Assembly (NCBI GenBank): GCA_002499865.1
Contig: DANL01000059.1
Location: forward strand, 5,460 to 69,459
Source: Euryarchaeota archaeon UBA121
Lineage (GTDB): Archaea; Thermoplasmatota; Poseidoniia; Poseidoniales; Thalassarchaeaceae
Direction: 5' to 3'
DNA: 64,000 bases
Of this stretch, positions 9,413-18,800 are shown in pieces. The translations under genes and the position numbers were made by a program. The first letter of the stretch is position 1. Each line of letters opens with the position of its first letter. The notes beneath the pieces were generated by a model. That model was not told the origin of the DNA. It saw only the letters and a program-made list of their open reading frames with translations, and made no database searches.

Positions 9413-10831
9413 ATGAGAGTCATCATTGCTGGGGCCGGAGAGGTAGGCAGAGGCGTGGCGGCAGCTCTCCGCCAAGAGCGAAGAAGCGTCGCCTTGATTG
9501 ACCCCGACCCCTCAGCGATAAATGAGTCCCAATACTTGGACTGCCTTTTGATTACGGGGAGCGCCCTATCTAGGGATTCTCTGATGAGGGCGGGAATTAG
9601 CGATGCCGAGATTTTCATAATGGCTACAAATGACGATATGATTAACTTACTGGGGTGCTCTTTCGCCAAGAAGGTCTACAGCGAACTAGTCGGCGAGAGG
9701 AACGCCACTGGACTGAGGACCATCGCCAATATCAACGATCCAGGATTAGAGCATCCATCTAGGGGAGCGGGTCCTCTCAGTAGCTGGACTAGGGCTGATC
9801 ACATCGTCAGCGCCGCGGATGAGATAGTCAGCCAACTTGCCGCGAGCCTACTGGCTCCTTCAATCGATGAAATCCTTCCTCTTGGAGAGTCATCGTGGAT
9901 CGCATCTACCGAGGTTACAAACTCATCTGCATTAATTGGGACCACCACAGGGGAGGTCGGAGGGATCTTCGCCGGTATGCCCTCAATTTACTCGATAAAA
10001 AAGTCCGATGAAAAGGGGACCCTTAGCGAGGGCAATGAAATAATCGAACCTGGTGACATCTTAGTTTTCGTCTCCAATTCCACTGATCAGTTCTCGCAGA
10101 TAACCAGAAGTGTTGGAAAATCCGATCCCGATCTCAAGGAGAAGGCACAGATAGCAGTTTTTGGTGCAAGCCAGTTCGGAGTCAGGCTATCTGATTACTA
10201 CCTGAGAAGAGGGCATAGTGTTGTAGTGATAGAGCCCGAGCTGGACTTGGCCAATGAATTAGTAGGCTCTAGAGTAGGAAATAGTAAGAGGCTCGATGTA
10301 ATACATGGGGACCCACAAGATGAGGATCTTCTCAGAGAGCTTGACATTCATAGCCATGACATTGCGGTGGCGGCGTTAGAAGATGACAATCTAAACATCG
10401 CTATATCGATGAGAGCCAAAGATAAGGGAGTATTGAGGACCGGTCTCGTCCTAAGGGATCGTGCCCTCGTCGACGCAGTCCATAGGATCGGCACAATAAA
10501 TCCCGTCAGCAGGAGGCAAGTGGTGATAACGGGAATTTTGAAATCTATTCACATGAATGTCCCAGGAACTTTCCAAGTTATACCAAACGTACCAGAAGTA
10601 ATATCTATTTCAGCTGAAGTAAAAGCAGAACAGGGTATCGAGGGCTGGCCAATATCTAAGGTCGAGTCAAAACTTGGTGCAAGAATTGCCATGATAGACA
10701 GGGAGGACTTCGATGGTAAGGTTTCAGTCCTCGATCCCAATGCGGTTGAAACCGTATTACTTGGAGATAGGATGTACATACTCCTGTTGAAGGAAGATTT
10801 GAAGAAACTCGAGAAGATTCTAGGGAGCTAA
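9413..10831 (+). CDS. trkA: K+ uptake system NAD-binding protein TrkA (two RCK units)
   Basis: 'MRVIIAGAGEVGRGVAAAL' Rossmann motif, then a second 'IAVFGASQFGVRLSDYYLRRGHSVVVIE' RCK_N, plus RCK_C-like segments. Confidence 0.85.
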   Translation: MRVIIAGAGEVGRGVAAALRQERRSVALIDPDPSAINESQYLDCLLITGSALSRDSLMRAGISDAEIFIMATNDDMINLLGCSFAKKVYSELVGERNATGLRTIANINDPGLEHPSRGAGPLSSWTRADHIVSAADEIVSQLAASLLAPSIDEILPLGESSWIASTEVTNSSALIGTTTGEVGGIFAGMPSIYSIKKSDEKGTLSEGNEIIEPGDILVFVSNSTDQFSQITRSVGKSDPDLKEKAQIAVFGASQFGVRLSDYYLRRGHSVVVIEPELDLANELVGSRVGNSKRLDVIHGDPQDEDLLRELDIHSHDIAVAALEDDNLNIAISMRAKDKGVLRTGLVLRDRALVDAVHRIGTINPVSRRQVVITGILKSIHMNVPGTFQVIPNVPEVISISAEVKAEQGIEGWPISKVESKLGARIAMIDREDFDGKVSVLDPNAVETVLLGDRMYILLLKEDLKKLEKILGS

Positions 10832-10833
10832 CC

Positions 10834-12402
10834 ATGCGCTGGGATGTCGTCGGTTTTGTCCTGGGATGGACAATTAGACTAGTCGCACTACCTCTAGCTT
10901 TGGTGGCCGCATACAGTTGCTACTTGGGCTCCGAGGGATATGAGTTCGCAGCTAGGACGTATCTAATCCCTCTAATTTTAGCCGCATTTGTCGGACAGAG
11001 CCTAGTTTCGTTGGCCAAGGGGGCCGATACCGCATCCAGACTCAGAGATCGTGAAGCCTTCGCCTCTGTCGCCCTTGGATGGATTCCTGTTGTGATACTA
11101 GGTGCTTTGCCATACTGGCTAGGAGGTGTTTTCTATGGGCCTGCTGATCTATCTATGGAATCTGTTGCTGTGGCCGATGTCTTCTCTGGGGCTATCCACT
11201 CATGGTTCGAGTCAATGTCAGGTTTTACCACGACAGGGTCTACCGTGATAGATCACTCAACAAGTCCACGATGCCTTGAGGGAACAGATTGCATCAGCTC
11301 TCAACCGCAGAGCCTGATACTCTGGAGGTCTCTCACCCAGTGGCTGGGAGGAATGGGAGTGATCATGCTAGGGCTCCTCATACTTTCTCAGGCACTTGGG
11401 GGCGGGATGTCATTGGCTAGGGCCGAGCTCACCGGACCTTCTCTTTCCAGACTGGGTCCTTCTCTGCAATCCACGGCAAGGAGACTATGGGCGATATACA
11501 TAGTCCTGACAATAATTGAGATGGTCTTGCTTAGGTTCATAGGCGAAATGAGTATTTTTGACTCGGTAAATTATTCCCTAACTACACTATCATCAGGCGG
11601 TTTCGGTACTACTGATGGAGGAGTTATGGCCTTCAGTTCGGCCAGAATAGAGGTCATTCTGATGGTATTTATGGTCCTCACTTGCATCAACTTCAGCCTC
11701 CTCCATTTAGTCCTCGTTGGTAAATCAAAAGAGGCCTTCAAAGACGGTGAAGTACGTAGCTATCTATTCATCCTAATTGTTGCATGGTTTGCTATGGCCT
11801 TCAACATTTACAGTGCGGGATCACAAGATTTAGGGTTCTTAGAAACTATCAGACATTCGATGTTCCAGGCTATTTCGATTTCTAGTACTGGGTACTCTTC
11901 AGCAGATTTCGCAACATGGCCACTGTTCAGTCAATTTGTTTTACTATTGTTAATGATAATAGGAGCGACAGCAGGGTCTACAGGAGGGGGCCTCAAGGTA
12001 CTAAGAATCAGAATCGCCTTTGAGCTCTCAAAAAGAGAAATATTGAAAATCATCCAACCTAGGAAAGTCGTTGCAATCAGATTCAACGACGAGGTCATAG
12101 ACGAGAAGAGGATATGGACGGTACTTGGAATGCTAAGCTCTTGGACTGTTCTTGTTACTGCATCGATATTGGCATTCTCATTATTGGAGCCATCTTTGGA
12201 TATGACCGATGTTCTTTCCGTTTCCCTATCTCTCCTTGGAAATACCGGTCCAGCTTTAGGTGCGTTTGGTCCGACCGCGACTTGGGCCGCACTGGGCGAG
12301 CCGTCGTTGATAGTGGCATCACTTCTGATGTGGCTTGGGAGGCTAGAGTTGCTAACAGTCTTGGTTTTGTTACACCCCAAGACATGGCGTAGCGACATCT
12401 AG
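10834..12402 (+). CDS. trkH: K+ transporter membrane subunit TrkH
   Basis: 522 aa polytopic protein with repeated M-P-M pore-loop-like segments ('GFTTTGSTV', 'SSGGFGTTDGG', 'STGYSSADF'). It is adjacent to trkA. Confidence 0.85.
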   Translation: MRWDVVGFVLGWTIRLVALPLALVAAYSCYLGSEGYEFAARTYLIPLILAAFVGQSLVSLAKGADTASRLRDREAFASVALGWIPVVILGALPYWLGGVFYGPADLSMESVAVADVFSGAIHSWFESMSGFTTTGSTVIDHSTSPRCLEGTDCISSQPQSLILWRSLTQWLGGMGVIMLGLLILSQALGGGMSLARAELTGPSLSRLGPSLQSTARRLWAIYIVLTIIEMVLLRFIGEMSIFDSVNYSLTTLSSGGFGTTDGGVMAFSSARIEVILMVFMVLTCINFSLLHLVLVGKSKEAFKDGEVRSYLFILIVAWFAMAFNIYSAGSQDLGFLETIRHSMFQAISISSTGYSSADFATWPLFSQFVLLLLMIIGATAGSTGGGLKVLRIRIAFELSKREILKIIQPRKVVAIRFNDEVIDEKRIWTVLGMLSSWTVLVTASILAFSLLEPSLDMTDVLSVSLSLLGNTGPALGAFGPTATWAALGEPSLIVASLLMWLGRLELLTVLVLLHPKTWRSDI

Positions 12403-13904
12403 AATGAGTCAAGTGTGAATTGCTTGCCATCAGTAGTTGTTTTTTCATCCTCTGCCTCTATTTGTGGGGGCACTACTGGGGGCTCGGGTAAATTCTCCTG
12501 ATCATCATACTCCTTCACAATCGATTTCCCCTTTCTGCTACTCTTAGATATGCCATGCAGAGAAAGATGCTCCTCGACACCCAGCCCCATTTTCTTAGAG
12601 ATACTGAAATCATCGGGGTCTCCACCCAGTGACTCATCGTGGACAGCTAGCAAAAGTGGCCATAGCTCCTCCCTGAATGATGATTTACTAGTAGAAACAT
12701 TCTCTGACATAGTAGTGACAACATTAACGCTCCTCCAAGATTCAGAGCCCCTTCTTAGAAAGTCTGGGTACCCCAGATAAGGATCAGTCGTGATCGGTGT
12801 CTGGGAAACCGCAGCCTGAGAGGTCAGGGCAGATCCCCAATACCATGATCGGAATGCACGATTTGTGAACTTAGTGGCTAGAGACCTATCAGCTAGCTGC
12901 ATCGCAGTGCTGATTGAAGCAAGACCATCTGAATCGAAGACAGATTGATTGTTCCATGAGAACCAAGCTAGCATCTGATCAGGATCCTTATCGCTATTCC
13001 TGAGAATTTCCGATGCCTTGGAGCCACTTTTACTCGAGTATATCTCTTTCATGGCTCTGAATACATCAATCTGAGAGTCCCTAACTGAAACTTCTCCGAG
13101 GCCCCTAACATGGTCTGTGGTGATATGCCCCTCAACTAGCGATGAAACCGCCTGCAAGTCCCTAACTAAGGCCCGCAGGTCCCCTGGGTTTCCAGTAATC
13201 AACTCCTCCAACGCCCCCGGATCAATAGACAGTCCCTCACCATCAAGAATCCTGTAAGCTATTTTCCGCATGTTCCCGCTGTTCACCCTCTTGAATTGTA
13301 TCATATCGGATAATCTGAGAACCCTATCTCTGTTAATCCTCCATCCTCTGCCACCTCCCCAGAGCCTCATTGGATCGTTGCAAGTCATAATTACGGGTTG
13401 CATACTGACAGACAACAGGTGCATCAACTCGGCCTTTCCTCCCGAATCACCTGAAATGCTCTTCGTCTCATCTTCCGATGAAATCGACTTTCCAATTCTA
13501 TCTTCTGATATTTTTGAAAAACCTCCAGCGAGATGATCTACCTCGTCTAAGAGGATAATTGTCTTCCCATCTGGTTTGGAATCCCCTGAGAATAAATCTA
13601 GTGAGATGTGTTGTGACCCCCTGGTCGCGGCCTTTCTGATAGAGGCCGCATTCCTCTCCTCAGATGCGTTAAGCTCGATAATCGCCCACCCCATCTCCTT
13701 GGCTACTGCCTTAGCAATAGTTGTCTTCCCTACTCCGGGGGGGCCAGAAAGTAAGACTCCTCTCTTTTTTGGTATTTTTCCAGTCGACCAAGTGTCCAAC
13801 CATTGCCTAATAGATCTCACTTGAGCCTCGTTACCCTCCATCTCACGGATACTTTTGGGGCGATATTTCTCGGCCCAATCGTCACTCTCTCCCATAGCGG
13901 ACAC
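12399..13904 (-). CDS. rfcL: Replication factor C large subunit
   Basis: 'WAEKYRPKSIREMEGNE...LLSGPPGVGKTTIAKAVAKE' AAA+ clamp-loader signature, plus a C-terminal acidic/basic tail typical of RfcL. Confidence 0.9.
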   Translation of the reverse strand: MSAMGESDDWAEKYRPKSIREMEGNEAQVRSIRQWLDTWSTGKIPKKRGVLLSGPPGVGKTTIAKAVAKEMGWAIIELNASEERNAASIRKAATRGSQHISLDLFSGDSKPDGKTIILLDEVDHLAGGFSKISEDRIGKSISSEDETKSISGDSGGKAELMHLLSVSMQPVIMTCNDPMRLWGGGRGWRINRDRVLRLSDMIQFKRVNSGNMRKIAYRILDGEGLSIDPGALEELITGNPGDLRALVRDLQAVSSLVEGHITTDHVRGLGEVSVRDSQIDVFRAMKEIYSSKSGSKASEILRNSDKDPDQMLAWFSWNNQSVFDSDGLASISTAMQLADRSLATKFTNRAFRSWYWGSALTSQAAVSQTPITTDPYLGYPDFLRRGSESWRSVNVVTTMSENVSTSKSSFREELWPLLLAVHDESLGGDPDDFSISKKMGLGVEEHLSLHGISKSSRKGKSIVKEYDDQENLPEPPVVPPQIEAEDEKTTTDGKQFTLDSF

Positions 13905-13942
13905 ATTTGTCGGTCTAGTCGGGACTCCATGAAGATTGGGAG

Positions 13943-15691
13943 TCAGAAAAGGGATGAGACATCCCTATTTTCTATGTGACTAATCAATTTCTCAGTTGGT
14001 ACCCTGATCTGTTGTTGATTGTCTCTGTTCCTTACAGTGACCGTCCCATCCGTCAAGCTCGAGTGATCCACAGTGACGGCCCAAGGGACCCCTATCTCAT
14101 CAGCTCTGGCGTATCTCTTCCCAATCGACCCAGTCGAGTCAAGATTTACTTGAATTCCTCGAATAGCAAGTACATCTGAAAGTAAGGATTCAGCTAGAAC
14201 GTCCATCCCATCCTTGTCGAAGAGTGGCAGGATGGAGACATCATAAGGACAAACTTTCTCATTCAGTCTGAGTGTCACATAATCCTCGGACTCCTTTCCA
14301 TCCTCAGTAAATGCATGATCTAGAACATGCCAGATTATCCTATCAATCCCGAAAGCGGGCTCTATCACATGGGGGGTGAACCATTCTCCATGCACATTCC
14401 CCTCCTCTTTCTTCAGAGTAACCATCTCGGATGTTATCTCCACTTCCGAACCATCTTCTAGGCTCAGTAAGAAAGGTATGGAAGAAGGAATACCGGACAG
14501 CTCGCTGATTGCAGATACTACTTCACCAGCTCTCTGCCTGAATATGGGGCCGATAACGGACCCATTAGGAGATAGAACCTCTCTCGATACCTTTCGAGGG
14601 GTTTCAAATTGCCTCCACGCCCGCAGAAGGTTGGTTCCCGAATGGGCCTCATGGGACTCCAAGTCATGACAGGTCCTATTGGCGATACCTACGCACTCTA
14701 TCCAACCGTACTCGCCTAGAATCTCACAATCCCAGCAATCCGATGCATAATGTGCCATTTCAGAACCAGCGTGCTGCCTAAACCTGATTTTATCTCCATC
14801 AATCCCAATTTTGACTAGGAAATCATAGGTTCTTTCGAGGAAGGATGCAACTGTTGGGTGCCTTACTATTCCCCTATCTAACGCATCTCGAAAAGAAATT
14901 CTATGATCTCCTGGGTATTCTCCCTCTGGATCTGATATCATCTCTACCATGGTGCCTTCATTCTCACCTAGTTCATTCCTCCCTGGTGGATCTTCAGGAT
15001 CAATGAAGTACTCCAGTTCGGCCATGTTAAACTCCCTTAACCTGATCATACCTTGCCTTGGACTGATTTCATTCCTATATCCTCTGCCAGTTTGAACTGC
15101 CCCAAATGGTAGCTTCTGCTTGAAATGACGATATAATGAAGGATATAGCATGAACATCCCTTGTGCGGTTTCAGGTCTCATGTAGGCTTCCCTGCCACTG
15201 CTCATGGCACCTATCGTTGTGGGGAACATCAGATTCATCGGCCTTGAATCGGACCAGTCTGACTCACCACATTTGGGACAAGAAATATCGTTAGAAGAAA
15301 TTAATGAGTCTAGCTCTTCACCACCTAGGGAATCTGGATTCTCATGCAATCCCTCAATCAAGTGATCGCTTCTAAATGCCGAATTGCAGGATAAGCATTC
15401 AGACATGTAGTCATTGAACTCTCCTACATGACCACTAGCAACTAAGACTGACTTAGGCGTAATCGTTGGAGAGTCAACCTCTACTATGTCTCCCCAAGAA
15501 GTCCAGTGATCAATCCAACTTTCGATAACCTTACGCTTAATTGTAGCTCCAACAGGGCCATAATCTACCAAGCCAGCAACCCCTCCGTATATCTCAAAGG
15601 AAGGGAAAACTATGCCACGCCTCCTCATCATTGATGTGAGCCTGTCCAGCCTCCTTGATTCGGGCATCGTATCTCCGACTTGGCCACCCAT
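13943..15691 (-). CDS. glyS: Glycyl-tRNA synthetase (archaeal/eukaryal class II dimeric type)
   Basis: 'RRGIVFPSFEIYGGVAGLVDYGPVG', 'FRNEISPRQGMIRLREFNMAELEYF', and a C-terminal anticodon-binding domain. Confidence 0.9.
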   Translation of the reverse strand: MGGQVGDTMPESRRLDRLTSMMRRRGIVFPSFEIYGGVAGLVDYGPVGATIKRKVIESWIDHWTSWGDIVEVDSPTITPKSVLVASGHVGEFNDYMSECLSCNSAFRSDHLIEGLHENPDSLGGEELDSLISSNDISCPKCGESDWSDSRPMNLMFPTTIGAMSSGREAYMRPETAQGMFMLYPSLYRHFKQKLPFGAVQTGRGYRNEISPRQGMIRLREFNMAELEYFIDPEDPPGRNELGENEGTMVEMISDPEGEYPGDHRISFRDALDRGIVRHPTVASFLERTYDFLVKIGIDGDKIRFRQHAGSEMAHYASDCWDCEILGEYGWIECVGIANRTCHDLESHEAHSGTNLLRAWRQFETPRKVSREVLSPNGSVIGPIFRQRAGEVVSAISELSGIPSSIPFLLSLEDGSEVEITSEMVTLKKEEGNVHGEWFTPHVIEPAFGIDRIIWHVLDHAFTEDGKESEDYVTLRLNEKVCPYDVSILPLFDKDGMDVLAESLLSDVLAIRGIQVNLDSTGSIGKRYARADEIGVPWAVTVDHSSLTDGTVTVRNRDNQQQIRVPTEKLISHIENRDVSSLF

Positions 15692-15822
15692 CTTTCAAGC
15701 CATCCTTGGGAATTGGCTATCGATGTACGTACCGTGGGGTTATTGATAATGCCATTAACAGTCTTTAATGAGGTTCTTAGAGAAGCATTGATGTACTCAT
15801 ACGAAGCCCAACAGTGTGATAG

Positions 15823-18800
15823 GTGCAACAAAAAATGCCTGAAATCGAGTATGTAGAGGACAGAATGGAGACTGAAGATCTCCTGGAGAGGCTATGTCCT
15901 CCCGTTAGAAATTGGTTTATGGACAAATTTCCGGACTTCACAGAACCCCAAAAGGTGGCCATTCCAAGAATTCTGAAGGGAGAGCACCTCTTACTATGTT
16001 CCCCAACTGGCTCTGGAAAAACTCTCACAGCATTCCTCACGATAATAGATGATCTAGTCCGTGGTTCTCTTGACGGGACGCTACCAGATTCTGTCCAGTG
16101 CGTATACATATCTCCAATTAAGGCGCTTGCCAATGATATCGAGAAGAATCTTCTAGGCCCCCTAGGCGAAATAAAGGAGAGATTTCTTCCAAGCAGAGCC
16201 AAGGAAATCAAAGTCGGACTGAGAACGGGCGATACCCCTCAGAGCGAGAGGGAGAAAATGCTCAGAAAACCTCCGCATATACTGATCACAACACCCGAGT
16301 CACTTGGATTGGGTTTGGCATCCAAGAGGTTTAGGCCAATTTTGGATCAAATGAAATGGCTCATCATTGACGAAATGCACTCATTAGTTCCCACAAAAAG
16401 AGGCACCCATCTCTCTCTAAGTATGGCTCTGATGGATACTGTGGTATCATCCGATGTCCAGAGAATCGGTATTAGTGCCACCATGGAGCCTCTAGATGCG
16501 GTGGCTGAATTTCTAGTTGCTAGCGATTCAAGGGAAACCGACGCAGAGCCCCAAAAAGTAGCTATTGCGAAAATCTCAGGAGACAGGGAGCTCGACTTGG
16601 ACATAATTCTGCCAACGCCTAGATTCAGCTCTATTCCAGTGAAGGAAATCTTAGATCATAATGTAGACAGAATCAAAGAATTAGCTGAGGCTCACACTAC
16701 TACATTGGTTTTTGTCAATACAAGGAATATGACTGAGACGGTAGTGCAGAGATTGAAGATAGCTGGGATGGAAGGAGTTGAGGGACATCATGGTTCAATG
16801 GACAAGGCGATCAGGCTTGATGTGGAAAGTAGGCTCAAGAATGGATTACTGAGATGTGTTGTTTCATCGTCTAGCCTTGAAATGGGTATCGATATAGGTT
16901 CCGTGGATTTAGTCATTCAAGTTGGCTCTCCGGGGTCAATCGCCACGGCTCTGCAGAGAATAGGTAGGGCAGGACATCAGGTTGGTGGCTTGCCCAGAGC
17001 TAGGTTCCTACCTACCTCGCCCCATGATCTGATGGAACTCGTTGCATTGCAAATGGCTATTTTGGAGGGAGAGATGGATTTACTAAAATTCCCACAGAAC
17101 TCACTCGATGTGCTAGCACAATTCCTAATCGGCCTTACTATAATCAAGGAGTGGGATATTGATGATGCCTACTCTCTTGTTACCTCATCATGGCCATACA
17201 AGGAACTTCCTTACGATGATTACATCGAAGTTCTAGACATGCTTGATGAGGAAAGAAGAGTTTGGCTTGACTGGGAGGATAACAGATTCGGAAAGCGTGG
17301 ATTTGCTCAAATGATCTATTACACCAATATAGGAACTATTGCTCCCGATAACAGTTACTTGGTTTTCACTGGAGACGGAACTTTGGTGGGGCAACTTTCT
17401 TCTTCTTTCGTTTCAAGTCTCAGAAACGGGGATGTATTCCTGTTGGGTGGATCCACCTACAGGGTAGCTAGTGTGAGAGGAACCAGGGTAAATGTCACTC
17501 CCGCAACCGGATACAGGCCAACAATACCCTCTTGGACAGGCGAGGCCAATAGTCGCACACATGAATTAAGTCAGGCTGTTCTCAGATTATTGAGTCAGAT
17601 TTCTGTAGGGGCCAGAATGGCAACCGATTATGAGCCAATCCTGACAGAAGCATTACGGCTCAATAGGCCTGTAGCGTTGGCGCTGAAACAGTTCCTGGAC
17701 GAGCATGTTGCTACTACGTTCCAAGTTCCTTCTAATGACAGGATACTTATCGAGCAGGTAGACTCCCCTCTCCCAACCTACGTTGTGACTACCTGCAGGG
17801 GAAGGGCCTTCAACCTCGCACTAGGATATCTCTTCGCTGGAATCGCCTCCAAAGAAAATATAATCATTCACGAGCTTTCATTTGACGAGAATGGATTTAT
17901 GGCAAAATTGAGCCATGAGGTTGAGATTTCCAAGATTCCAGAGGTATTTAGGAATGACACTAGCGAGGAAATACTCCAGAGATATATGATGGATTCCCAA
18001 CTGTTCTCAAAGAGGTTCAGGGAAGTGTCATCCAGGAGTATGCTGAATCCTAGAAGAATCGGTGCCGAGGAAGTTAGTCCGAAGCAGTTCCAGCAGAAGG
18101 CAGAGGCGATTATGACAAAACATCGTCAGATGGATGGCTCGGTCATAATCAGAGAGGCGATGAGTGAGATTCTAAATGGTGATCTCGATATGGAGCAATT
18201 ACGTAACTTCATCTCCAGAATGGATACAGAGGATGTCAGAATTGTACATAGGCGCGTGAAAATGCCTTCGCCCCTTGGAATGACACTATTCATGTCCGCA
18301 TTTGAGGATCTTCTGAGCCTAAGGACTAGGGCTTACCTGATCAAGGACGTAGACCCGGAGATCCTAAGGCGTCTTTTGGGTGCCAGATCTTTGGCTACCG
18401 ATCTGGATAAGCAGATGATTTCTGAGTACTATCAGTCAAAGGTGGCCACTCCGAAGAATGCTATTGATCTCCTGAGACTCATGGATATGGGAGGGGGGCT
18501 AGAGCAAGGCCTCACCAATCCACTTTACAATTCGAAGCTTAGTGGAATCGAAATCCCTGTGATTCGACAATGGGTACACGAACTAGCAGAGAGGGAATTA
18601 ATTACCAAGGTGAGGAATACAAATCACGAGCAAATTGACGATAAATGGTTCTCCATCAGAATGGCAGGAGTCCATGGTACTCTGGGCTGTCTCGCAGTTG
18701 CAGGCGCATCCGAGATGGAGGACTTACGGGCCCTATACACTGGTGGCCTGACCTATGAGATAGCCGAAGACTTCACTGGCGGTACTCCTTCAAAATGGGC

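Noticed and set aside
11931-12398. 155-aa minus-strand ORF inside trkH
   Set aside because: Antisense shadow of a well-supported membrane transporter gene.
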